Positions 1-10,761 of a stretch of DNA of 32,860 nucleotides are shown one piece after another. The translations under genes were made by a program, and so were the position numbers. Source of the stretch: Octopus bimaculoides (taxonomy: Eukaryota); assembly GCF_001194135.2 (NCBI RefSeq), contig NC_068991.1:3249475-3282334 (forward strand), given 5' to 3'. Position 1 is the first letter of the stretch. Each line of letters starts with the position of its first letter. The notes beneath the pieces are model-generated. The model made no database searches and was not told the origin of the DNA. It saw only the letters and a list, made by a program, of their open reading frames with translations.

Positions 1-520
1 TCCATCAGGCGTTGATTTCTGGTCTCTATATCCTCTACAATAGTACATATTCTCCTGGCTAGGCAGTATGGTATGTTGCGTTTTGTATGGGGTGGATGGC
101 ACGATTTAAAGTTCAAGTATTGGTGTGTGTCTGTGTGTTTGTAATATATATCTGTGGTAATGACGGTGTTCTTTTTAATTACCATTATATCTAGAAATGG
201 TAATTTGCTACTGTTCATCTCCTTTGTGAATTGGGTGGATGGGTGTAGGTTGTTCAGGAGGGTGTTAAATTCTTCCACAATGCTTTGAGGTTTGGTCCAG
301 ATTATGAAGCAATCGTCCAGGTATCTCTTCCATGCTTTTTCTATAAGCTTCCTAAATTCGGTGTTACGTATCTGAAATACGAAAAATGTATTTTAAACAC
401 ATGTGCGCACGCACTCGCTCAGGTATTTATACAGAGCAAAAGCATATATACGCAAGTTCGTCTGACTCAATCTCTAGTTATAGTTATACCGTTGACAGCC
501 ACTATGCATGTGCGCGCGTA

Positions 521-742
521 TGTTTGTGTGTGTGGTTTTCCCTCCATCATCACATGACAAACGATGTTGCTTTGTTTATATCCCCGTGACTTGCGATTCG
601 GTAAAAGACTTCGATAGAAGAAGTACCAGGCTTTAAAAGCCAACAGCAAATGTACTGCGGTAAATTTGTCCGCAAAACCTCACTCAGATGGTGCTCCAGC
701 GTTGCCGAAGTCCAATGAGTCAAACAAGTAAAGGATAAAAAG
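521..742 (+). mobile_element. Degenerate 3' half of SINE family A
   Basis: tccccgtgacttgcgattcggtaaaagacttcgatagaagaagtaccaggc...gatggtgctccagcgttgccgaagtccaatgagtcaaacaagtaaagga aligns with the tails at 3270-3427 and 15370-15544. No head is present. Confidence 0.75.
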
Positions 743-743
743 T

Positions 744-1520
744 AGGCGTGGCAAGAAGCTTGCTTCCCAACCAAATATCTCGGGGTTCAGTCCCTCTGCC
801 TGGCACCTTGGACAAATATCTTCTACTATAGCCTCGGGCCGACCAAAGCCTTCTGAGTCGATTTGGTAGACGGAAGCTGAAAGAAGCCCGTCGTATATAT
901 ATATGTATATATATATANNNNNNNNNNNNNNNNNNNNNNNNNNNNNNNNNNNNNNNNNNNNNNNNNNNNNNNNNNNNNNNNNNNNNNNNNNNNNNNNNNN
1001 NNNNNNNNNNNNNNNNNNNNNNNNNNNNNNNNNNNNNNNNNNNNNNNNNNNNNNNNNNNNNNNNNNNNNNNNNNNNNNNNNNNNNNNNNNNNNNNNNNNN
1101 NNNNNNNNNNNNNNNNNNNNNNNNNNNNNNNNNNNNNNNNNNNNNNNNNNNNNNNNNNNNNNNNNNNNNNNNNNNNNNNNNNNNNNNNNNNNNNNNNNNN
1201 NNNNNNNNNNNNNNNNNNNNNNNNNNNNNNNNNNNNNNNNNNNNNNNNNNNNNNNNNNNNNNNNNNNNNNNNNNNNNNNNNNNNNNNNNNNNTACACATC
1301 TATTGTGCATGTCTCGGAGTTTGTGCTTGTCCTCTCATCACCTCTCACAACCGATGCTGGTGTGTTTACGTCCCCGTGATCTAGCATTTCGGCAAAAGAA
1401 ATCGATAGGATAAGTACCAAGCTTTAAACAAAGGTATGGACTGGAGTCGACACATTCGACTAAAAATCTCCAAGGCAGTGCCCCAGCATGGTCGCAGTCT
1501 AATGACAGAAGCAAATACAA
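744..1520 (+). mobile_element. tRNA-derived SINE family A copy with its internal microsatellite collapsed into an N-gap
   Basis: Head aagaagcttgcttcccaacc...ggggttcagtccc (B-box-like) ggcaccttggacaaatatcttctactatagcctcgggccgaccaaagcc...gaaagaagcccgtcg, then (TA)n, gap 918-1292, then tail caaccgatgctggtgtgtttacgtccccg...ggcagtgccccagcatggtcgcagtctaatgac. Confidence 0.9.
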
Positions 1521-2054
1521 AATTAACGATAAAAGATAATTAATATCAATTAAAAAGGCATTAATATGTCAAAATGCACGTTAACAGCTCAAAACAAACA
1601 TTAACAAATCGAGAAAACAAATATTATCACCTCAGAACAGACAGTAACAAATCATTGCAAGCATTAATATAATTGAAGAGCAACAACAAACATTAACAGC
1701 CAAAACACAAATTAACACTTGAAAACCAAAATTGATAAAGTTATTGGAAGACAAATTGCAAAAAGACTGCAAAATAAAAATAGGAAAATAAAACATGTCA
1801 GAACAAAAGTAAATATAAAATTAAAAAAAGAATAGAAAGAAAGAAAGAAGCAACACTCACAACGACAAAACAAGAATTAACACTTTAAACAGAAATGTAT
1901 AATACGAGATTTCTACCAAATATTTATATACTAACAAGAAGGAACATACATACATACATACATGCGTTATCAGAAACAAATATATTTACAAAGCAAAATT
2001 GGTTTCCGAGCCTCGCTGAATCCTCCACCCCTTCCTCCTCCCCCTCGTTATTGC

Positions 2055-2117
<63 letters not shown>

Positions 2118-2163
2118 CGTCATCATCATCGTCATCATCGTCGTCGTCGTCATCGTCGTCGTC
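2055..2163. repeat. (TTA)n then (TCA/TCG)n microsatellite
   Basis: Direct reading. Confidence 0.97.
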
Positions 2164-2508
2164 ATTGTTATTGTTAGGGGCTCATTATCAACGCTCTGTT
2201 TAAACACTAATGCACCAACAGATGCGCCAGATGAACAAAAGACGTGACTATCTGTTCGTACAGAAGAACCCTTGTCGTGTTGACAATCTGGCCCCACTTT
2301 GCCGCTGATGTGTGTGCACAGCTGATTAATATTCATAGCCCTAAACCTTATTCCTAACAGACCCTAGCACCCCGTCACCACCAACAATGGAGATGCCTCT
2401 TACTCCTCCCACCCTTTTCTCTCTGTCAAAATCTGTTTGCCTGTCTGTCGGTGAAGTGAGTCTGTCTGTCTGTTTGTTTGTTTCCGACTTTGTGTTTATC
2501 ATGTTGTG

Positions 2509-2510
<2 letters not shown>

Positions 2511-2590
<80 letters not shown>
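2511..2590. repeat. (CA)n microsatellite
   Basis: Direct reading, ~40 units. Confidence 0.98.
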
Positions 2591-2592
<2 letters not shown>

Positions 2593-2700
2593 TCATTTCG
2601 TAACATAGTGAAGCACACACCCAGCGCTCTCACATAAACAATATACATCCAGGAACTACTACACACACAGGTACACAGAGACACATACATACATAACTGG

Positions 2701-3012
2701 ATCTCCGTCGGTTAAGACGAGGAGTGTTCCAATGGATCCGATCAACAGAACAGCCTCCTCATGAAATGAACGTGCTGAGTACTCCACAGACTTGCGTACC
2801 CTTAGCTTAGTTCTCAGAGAGATTCAGCGTGACACAGAATGTGACAAGGCTGACCTTCTTGAATTACAGATACATTCATTTTCGCTAGCTGAGTGGACTG
2901 GAGCTATGAGAAATAAAGTGTCTTTCTCAAGGCACAACGCATCACCGGGAATCGAACACATGGCCTCACGTTCGTGAGCCGAATACCCTAGCTACTAAAC
3001 CACGTGACTTCT
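2701..3012 (-). mobile_element. tRNA-derived SINE family C, near full length
   Basis: The minus strand reads gtggtttagtagctagggtattcggctcacgaacgtgaggccatgtgttcgattcccgg (A- and B-box-like), then gttgtgccttgagaaagacactttatt...ctccagtccactcagc. The 5' part matches the copy at 7531-7662. Assignment of the 2701-2885 portion to the same element rests on recall of the family. Confidence 0.8.
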
Positions 3013-3060
3013 GTCCCAGTGAAAACCTCAATAAAATGCAAGCACAATATGTAGACATAA

Positions 3061-3427
3061 CAGGAGTCGCTGTGTGGTAAGTAGATTGCACCTTGGGCAA
3101 GTGTCTTCTACCATAGACTCGGACCGACCAAAGTCTTGTGATTGGATTAGGTAGACGGAAACTGAAAGAAACCCAGCCCGTCGTATATATATATGTATAT
3201 ATATGTGTGTGTGTGTGTATTTGTGTGCCTGTTTGTCCCTCCACCACCTATTGACAACCGATATTGGTGTTTACGTCCCCGTAACCTAGCGGCTCGGCAA
3301 AAATGACCGGTAGAATAAGTACTAGGCTTACAAAGAATAAGTCCTGAGGTCGATTCGTTCGACTAAAAGGCGGTGCTCTAGCATGGCCGCAGTCAAAATG
3401 GCTGAAACAAGTAAAAGAATGAAAGAA
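3061..3427 (+). mobile_element. SINE family A copy with the B-box region deleted
   Basis: caggagtcgctgtgtggtaagtagattg|caccttgggcaagtgtcttctacc...gacggaaactgaaag..(TA)(TG)..gacaaccgatattggtg...ggcggtgctctagcatggccgcagtcaaaatggctgaaacaagtaaaaga. It lacks the ttcccaaccacatgg...ggttcagtccc segment seen in the other copies. Confidence 0.92.
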
Positions 3428-3499
3428 TGATTTGCGACAGAGAAGAGAAACTATGTACAATAGTGGAAATCTGTTGCACGGTGAATGTCAAACATAAAG

Positions 3500-3540
3500 C
3501 AGGGGTTCTCGACTATTTTTTAAATCTATGGACCCCTTTG
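3500..3540 (+). mobile_element. Possible hAT/Charlie-type DNA transposon terminus fragment
   Basis: caggggttctcgac resembles the CAG(G/T)GGTTCTCAAC termini of hAT-Charlie elements. No partner TIR was found. Confidence 0.35.
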
Positions 3541-3621
3541 ACTGTTATAATATGCTATTGCACCACACACACACACGCGCGCGCGCACACATGCACACAT
3601 GCACGCACAGAGAGAAATATG

Positions 3622-3712
3622 TAAGGTCAAGTCGACCGAGGAGGGATGTGAACCGTGAATTTAAAGAGCCGTAACTAAATGTCTAATGCTCTAACTATTG
3701 CGACAATCTACC
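3622..3712 (-). mobile_element. Highly degenerate SINE family B-related fragment
   Basis: aaggtcaagtcgaccgaggagggatgtgaaccgtgaatttaaag resembles gcaaagtcgacctcggcagcatttgaactcagaacgtaaag at 23283-23323. Confidence 0.45.
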
Positions 3713-4274
3713 ACAAACGTGTAATCGTGTCAGAAACCACTCGTGTTTCATGTATGAAGTAATGCCACGCATTCTTCCGTTGAGATAACTTTCCACTTTA
3801 TCGCACGCAGTTACAACTTCCTTGTTCATCCGAAAGGGCCTTATTCGCTTTGTTTTCTCTCCTTCTCAACACACCGACACACGCACACACACGTACACAA
3901 ACACACATACACACAACCCTCTCTGTCTCTCTCTCTCTCTGTGTCTCTCTCTCTCTGTCTGTCTCTCTCTCTGTTTCTATCTCCCCCCCTCTCTCTCTCC
4001 CTCTCTCTATCTCTCTCTCTTTCTCTCTCTCTCTCTTTCTCTCTTTGTGTGTGTATGTGTGCCTGTGTGTATTTTCCTGGTTACCTGTCTGCTTCTCTAC
4101 CTTTCGGGTTTGTTTTGACGTATGCCTTGACCTCCCAGAAAAATTGTGCGTTCCTTCTCCCCACCCACACCCCCCATCCTCTAGCTTTGTCCTTTTTGAT
4201 GATATTTTGGCCTATCGCCTATAATTTGTCACAAAAGCACACAAACAGGCACGACACTCAAAATCTCACACACG

Positions 4275-4331
<57 letters not shown>

Positions 4332-4777
4332 CACACACATATATATAGCATGTAAACGCATGCATACACTACACATTCATATATAATATACAATTGCATC
4401 ACACACACACACACACACGTAAGTATAATATTTAAGCACATGCATACATTGCACGCAGAGACACTCGTTTATACCTTTGATAACACTCACGGACGAACAT
4501 CCAACATCACGCACACACACATGCATACACGCACACACATTTACACACTTACACACTCATTCAAACACACTCACACACCGGTCACACACCACACGCACGC
4601 GCCTACAAACACATGCCACTCTCTATTTCAGGCAACGCCACTTACACGATTGCTACCCTCCTAATAGATTTCACTCCTCCCCCCACCTCTCAAACCTTAC
4701 CCCCTCCCACTCGTATCCTCCCACCTCTCTCTCTCTCTCTCTTCACCCTTGTTCCCGTCCTTAAGTTGTTAATAGAA

Positions 4778-5583
4778 TTAAGGTGTCCGATAAAAGGAAG
4801 TCTCAACGCCGATGGAGCCGATCGTCAAGGGACTGGTCGGAAAACGCTGTGGCGCGGCGAACAACGCAGAAGGGAAAGTGGGAGTGGCACGGTAATGGCA
4901 GAGTGGGGGTGCCAGGGTTNNNNNNNNNNNNNNNNNNNNNNNNNNNNNNNNNNNNNNNNNNNNNNNNNNNNNNNNNNNNNNNNNNNNNNNNNNNNNNNNN
5001 NNNNNNNNNNNNNNNNNNNNNNNNNNNNNNNNNNNNNNNNNNNNNNNNNNNNNNNNNNNNNNNNNNNNNNNNNNNNNNNNNNNNNNNNNNNNNNNNNNNN
5101 NNNNNNNNNNNNNNNNNNNNNNNNNNNNNNNNNNNNNNNNNNNNNNNNNNNNNNNNNNNNNNNNNNNNNNNNNNNNNNNNNNNNNNNNNNNNNNNNNNNN
5201 NNNNNNNNNNNNNNNNNNNNNNNNNNNNNNNNNNNNNNNNNNNNNNNNNNNNNNNNNNNNNNNNNNNNNNNNNNNNNNNNNNNNNNNNNNNNNNNNNNNN
5301 NNNNNNNNNNNNNNNNNNNNNNNNNNNNNNNNNNNNNNNNNNNNNNNNNNNNNNNNNNNNNNNNNNNNNNNNNNNNNNNNNNNNNNNNNNNNNNNNNNNN
5401 NNNNNNNNNNNNNNNNNNNNNNNGGTGGCGGCAGTGGTGGTGGTGGTGGTGGTGGTGGTGGCGGCGGTGGTAGTTGTGGTCTTTCGAGTTGGAGGCGGTG
5501 GCGGTGATCGGACAAACAGTGTTGATGATGATGATGATGATGATGGAGATGATGGTGATGATGACGATAATAGCAGTGACGGT
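4778..5583 (-). CDS. Candidate terminal coding exon, His/Pro-rich, spanning a gap; unidentified
   Basis: Minus-strand cattacag| acceptor at 5584, then open frame (D)RHCYYRHHHHHLHHHHHHHHQHCLSDHRHRLQLERPQLPPPPPPPPPPPPLPP, then N-gap 4920-5423, then TLAPPLCHYRATPTFPSALFAAPQRFPTSPLTIGSIGVETSFYRTP*. The unique part is CpG-rich. Frame continuity across the gap is unverified and I recognise no domain. Confidence 0.25.
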
Positions 5584-5597
5584 CTGTAATGATAATG

Positions 5598-5664
<67 letters not shown>
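5598..5664. repeat. (TAC)n microsatellite
   Basis: Direct reading. Confidence 0.98.
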
Positions 5665-5774
5665 GCGATGACTAGTAGTAGGAGTTGAAGGTGTGTGTGT
5701 GAATGAGTGTCTGTCTGTGCTTCTGTCTGTCTGTCTGTGTGTCTCTCCGGTTTGAGGTTGGTGGTGGGAGAATG

Positions 5775-5786
5775 AAGATGGCGGCC
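5775..5786 (+). promoter_or_regulatory. YY1/Pho consensus-like site AAGATGGCGGCC
   Basis: Exact AAGATGGCGGC match inside a unique CpG-rich island (5745-5880). A single motif only. Confidence 0.3.
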
Positions 5787-6012
5787 ATGGTCGGTATTCC
5801 ATTCCCCCCTGTTCTTTCAACAAGCCGGCCGTGCGATGTGCACTGACTGCAGAAGAATCTTCACAGATTGCCGACCACCACCCCTTCCCCACCTCCACCC
5901 CGCCTTCTCTTTCTCTCTCTCTCTCTCTCCCTCTCTCTCGGGATCATCACAATCGTCTCTGCCTTCACCAGCACCATTACGATGCTGACCACTGCTACTG
6001 TTATCACCTTAA

Positions 6013-6062
<50 letters not shown>

Positions 6063-6400
6063 ACGTCATCACCACCACTACCATCGCCACTACTACCATC
6101 TCCCCCACTTTTACCACCACCACCACCACCACCACTACTGCCATATAAGACATCGTGGTCACTAAAACTATCAAGAACACCATAAGCCTTTACACCTTCA
6201 CAACGACGACGACGACGACGACCACCATCACCACCATCACCACCACTACTTTGGCCGTCTCCAACACCACCAATACTACCATCACCGCCGTCACAGCACC
6301 GCCACCTCCATAGTCATCTATGTCATTACCACCACCACCACCACAACCACCACCACTTACAACAACAATAACGACAACAACAATGCCAACAACAACATCG
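6013..6400. repeat. (ATC)n/(ACC)n/(ACG)n/(AAC)n compound trinucleotide region
   Basis: Direct reading. Confidence 0.93.
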
Positions 6401-6554
6401 CTTCTTTTCCATGGCGTCTTTTTGTTTCCCCTCCTCTCGATGCACCATACAGTTTGATGCTCGGCCATCTGGCCACAGAATTTCATCAACGTTCAATGCA
6501 AGCAGTTTGCAGAAGGGTGAAAGACCTCTTTTAACAGAATACTTTACAATTTTA

Positions 6555-7330
6555 CTCTTCAGACTCCATCCAAATTTCTACTTCCCTTCTACTTTCTTTC
6601 TTTTTTCTGTCATTTTTGTTTTGTTTTCCTCTCTTTCTTCTGTAGTTTTCTCCTCTTCCTCCCTACATTTCCTTCTTCTTCCCTCCTCCCTTTCATTCTC
6701 GACCTCCAGCAAAGTGCCCCTTCCCCTCTATCTCTGTCTCTGTCTCTCTCTCTCTCCAACTCACCCCAATATGTCCTCAGTCCCTCGCCTCTTCCAATAC
6801 TACAACTCTTTATTGTACCGATGATCCACCTTACCACTTATACAACTCATCCTCTACCTACTTACCTCCCTTGAGTTTCCCCCTCTCATTCCCTCCTCTC
6901 TATCTCTCCTTCTGTCTCTCTCTCTATCTGTCCCTCTGTCTATCTATCTATCTATCTGTCTTTCCTCTTTAACCCTTGTTCCTCTTAGTAAGATACACGA
7001 CGTGTTCATCTGCCCTGTCTCTAACTTCCCACTTTCGTACCGCCCTTTTCCTCCCTTTTTTTCCTTTACATTTTTCCCGCCTGCTGGCGTCTGTTTTGTA
7101 CGTCATACGCCAATTTGTTCCTTTTCACCTTCCCACTCAACACGCTTTCTCTCTCTCTCTCTCTTCATGTTGCCTATAATTCTACTGGGGGCAGGGCATT
7201 CATTCCTATTGTTTTTTACTGTCTTCGAATTCTTCGATTGCTTTCTTTTTCATTTCTTTCTTTCTTCGTGTTCTTTTACTTATCCATTTTTTCTTTCAAT
7301 TTTTATATTTTTAGTGTCATACGTCCGTTG
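6555..7330 (+). repeat. Polypyrimidine (CT-rich) low-complexity tract
   Basis: The + strand is dominated by C/T runs. Confidence 0.85.
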
Positions 7331-7442
7331 CCTTCGTCATTTCATTCATTCATGTTTTTATACACACACACAAACGTGTACATACACACACATGTGTATA
7401 TATATACATATATACATGTATGTATATTTTATACACACACAC

Positions 7443-7490
<48 letters not shown>

Positions 7491-7530
7491 GCATATATAT
7501 AACTGTCCGATGAACGGGAACGTGAAACGT

Positions 7531-7662
7531 GATTTTTACCAGTTGAGTGGACTGGAGCAACATGAATAAAGTATCTTGCTCATAAACACAACGCGCAGCC
7601 GGGAATCGAACACACGACCTTACCACCGTGAGCCAAGTACCCAAACCAGTAAGCCATCGCTT
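7531..7662 (-). mobile_element. SINE family C, 5' portion
   Basis: gagtggactggagcaacatgaataaagtatcttgctcataaacacaacgcgcagccgggaatcgaacacacgacc...gtgagccaagtacccaaaccagtaagcca aligns with 2889-3003. Confidence 0.85.
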
Positions 7663-7707
7663 TAACTCAACCGAATAGATCAATTTATACACCGTACAGA
7701 ATATACT

Positions 7708-7913
7708 GAGCACAAGGCCTGAAATTTTTGGGGGGAGGGGGCCAGTCAATTAGATCGACCCCACTACAAAACTGGTACCTAATTTATCGACCCCCGAAAG
7801 GATGAAAAGTAGAGTCGACCTTGGCGGAATTTGAACTCAGAACGTAGCGATGGGCGAAATACCGCTAAGCAATTCGTCCGGCGCGCTAACAATTCTACCA
7901 GCTCGTCGGCTTA
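7708..7913 (-). mobile_element. tRNA-derived SINE family B, best-preserved copy
   Basis: The minus strand reads aagccgacgagctggtagaattgttagcgcgccgg (A-box-like)...gttctgagttcaaattccgcc (B-box-like) aaggtcgactctacttttcatcctttcgggggtcgataaattaggtaccag...ggggtcgatctaattgactggcccc. Confidence 0.9.
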
Positions 7914-8618
7914 TATTAAGAATAATAATAAGAGTGAATATGTGTAGAACATGTATCCATGTGTGCATGCATGTATGTATGTATGTATATATATATATGT
8001 ATGTATGTATTTGTTCTTTGTATGTATGTAATTATACTCTCGCATACGCGTAAACATGCACACGTCTCTATTTGGTGTTATTTTAAGCAACTGTCAAACG
8101 AATTTAATTGCTTTATAATTATCTCAATAAATAGCTAAAAAATCATTGTATAATGTTATAATTTCGAAAATTATAAGAGGAATTCATTGTATAATTGTAT
8201 GATATTCGTAATTAGCATAAAAATGAACTCTCTCGTAAAAAAGACAATTTTCGTTTTGTAATCAACTGAAAATACAATTAACCAAGTTTGAAATGAACCT
8301 ACGTCCAGAATGCTTTATAGAGGATAGGTTAGAATTGATTAAATATATCCAGTGTATTACTGGTATAGAAATGGTTGTCTTTTTTTTTATATACGAAAAA
8401 AAAAAGGGGTCTGTGATTTTGCTAGTGATTCTGAGAGTAAGGAGTATGAGGTGTGTTAATTAAGAATCGAGATCGGGTGGTGTTCTTCAAACTGCTTCAC
8501 GATTTTCTGTTACCAACGATTGAACCCGGGAATTTTAATAAATCACATGCATATAGGTGTATATACGTGTGGGAGTATATATATATATATGCATATACAC
8601 ACATACATACGCGTACAC

Positions 8619-8669
<51 letters not shown>

Positions 8670-8693
8670 CCTACACGTATATACGTAAATATA

Positions 8694-8993
8694 TTCTTTT
8701 ACTTGTTTCAGTCATTTGACTACGGCCACGCTGGAGCACCGCCTTTAGTCGAACACATCGACCCAAGGACTTATTCTTTGTTAGCCTAGTACTTATTCTA
8801 TCGGTTTCCTATGCCGAAACGCTAACTTACGGGGACGTAAGCACACCAACATCTCGGCTGTCAAGTGATTGGGGGGGGGGGCAACACAGACATACAAACA
8901 CACACACACACATGTCCAAGGTACCACGCAGTGAGACTGAGCGCGGAACCATGTGGTTGGGAAGCATGCTTCTTACCACACAGCCACGCTCAT
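8694..8993 (-). mobile_element. SINE family A copy with an internal deletion of the middle segment
   Basis: Tail (ttcttttacttgtttcagtcatttgac...ttacggggacgtaagcacacc) joins through (CA)n directly to gtccaaggtaccacgcagtgagactgagcgcggaaccatgtggttgggaagc...ccacacagccac (the head). The gacgggcttctttcagtttcc...gctatagtagaag segment is missing. Confidence 0.9.
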
Positions 8994-9790
8994 GGGTTTA
9001 AAACATTTTCCTTCCGTGTCATGCCGTCATTCGTTCATATGCCTAACCAAATGTTTGGAACTCGTTGCCATAGATACTGAGCTTGATTGAAACATCGTTA
9101 CCTGATTAATAATTGTTGAGAATCCATCACAAATGGTATCATTCCGTTTATCCGGATGGTTACAATCACGTTACCATCGTTACCAATATTATTTGCTAAA
9201 TTCTTCAGCCTCCAAAATATTAATCGCTACAAGTGCATTAATATGCTTTTAAAGAGTAATAAAAATATAACGGTCCCATACATACATGCATACATGCATA
9301 TATATATATATACACATATATACATACACACACATATATACATCCATACATACATCTACACATGTATATATATACGTTTCCAATTTCTGATAACCGAGTT
9401 CTTTCCGACAAAGTGGAATGGAGAAATATTTTCCGTCAGTTCTGTCTCACCTGAACGAATGAGAGGTGATCGGCCAACCTCGGTGTAGCGACTGAACGAA
9501 GTAAAAGTTTCGTATTTTCATATGACTATACTTTGTAGTATGTATTGAGTACTCTTTGGATCATTTCTCAAGCAGAAAACCACGCAAGGGGGAAGGTATG
9601 TACGTGCATGTTTGTGTGTGTGTGTGTTTTCGTGCTCTGCATTTACGTTTGTGCGCATGTGTGCATATGTGTGTTTGTTCCTTATATAATACGATTCCAG
9701 TGTTTGTTCTGCGGAGACTTGGTTCCCTCTGTTTCTTTCTTTTCCCCCTTGCTTCTCCCTTCTTTTTTTTTTACCTCTTCCTTCCTCTAG

Positions 9791-9968
9791 AGAATTCCAA
9801 TTCTCACAGACCACATCTTATCTCGAAGACATTCAGCAATCGTACACCAATTCTAATAATAGTGTTTTGTGTCGACCTAAATCAACGACATCAAAAATAT
9901 TTTCACACACTATCCCAATCGGTTGCCAATTTTGCGATATGCTGTGCCAAATGGGAAACTTAAGTTGA
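9791..9968 (+). CDS. Candidate exon after a strong 3' splice site; unidentified
   Basis: A ~65-nt pyrimidine tract ends in cctctag|. Frame 9792-9968 reads EFQFSQTTSYLEDIQQSYTNSNNSVLCRPKSTTSKIFSHTIPIGCQFCDMLCQMGNLS*. A second frame is also open to 9963. No recognisable domain. Confidence 0.15.
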
Positions 9969-10550
9969 ATCATGCCATTGGCAAAGGATTGGTTCCTGTT
10001 TTCAGCCAAATTAGCAAACCTACGAGATCTTAGTAACTCTAGCCTACAGCTAAACGTTAAGTCGGTGGGAAATATATTCGCTTTTTGTCAAGCTTCCAGC
10101 ATTGGGGAAAGCTTTGGAAATATTGTTGTATATGTTTATTTATATTTGATCACATATCAAAATAAATGTGGTTCTTGGTGTTGTTGTTGTTGTTGTTCTT
10201 GGTATTTGTTATGGTTGTTGTTGCTGCTGTTGTTGGTGCTTGTATTGTTCGTTCGTATATTTAGTTGTTGGAATTGTGATAATAATTTTGGTGTGTACGA
10301 CTGACCAGTCGGATCTGAGAGACATTTTTCTAAAGCGTATGGTTGACCGGAAGTGAATATGATTCTAATGTAGAGGCTATAATGATGTGTATTTTACACT
10401 ATTTATTAAAACAAATATATACATATATATACAGTTTATACCCAGGACTAAAAATATCACACTTCACCCCTTGAATAAAATTTAATTTTCATTCACCTCC
10501 AAAATAAACAATCGAATTTTTCATTATTTTTCAGTTTTATTTTCATTATT

Positions 10551-10714
10551 TAGCAGATTCGTAACCACCAGGGGCGAAATGCTCAATTGCATTCTTTCTG
10601 ACTTCTTATGTTCTGTGGCCAGCTTTGCTTTTCATCTTTTCGAGTTGATAGATGCTGGTGGTACACTGCGGTCGATGAAAAAGAACCAGTGAAGCACTGG
10701 GGGTCGGTGTAATC
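10551..10714 (+). mobile_element. Degenerate SINE family B copy
   Basis: gcagattcgtaaccaccaggggcgaaatgc...gctttgcttttcatcttttcgag...ggtcgatgaaaaagaaccagtgaagcactgggggtcggtgtaatc aligns with the reverse complement of 7745-7900. Confidence 0.6.
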
Positions 10715-10761
10715 CTCTCAAAATCGCTGATCTTGCGCCGTAATGGCAAATAGTTATTTTT

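Noticed and set aside
2186-2340. Unique island with short ORFs on both strands (MHQQMRQMNKRRDYLFVQK...; MNINQLCTHISGKVGPDC...)
   Set aside because: There is no convincing splice-site pair or recognisable homology, so it cannot be supported.
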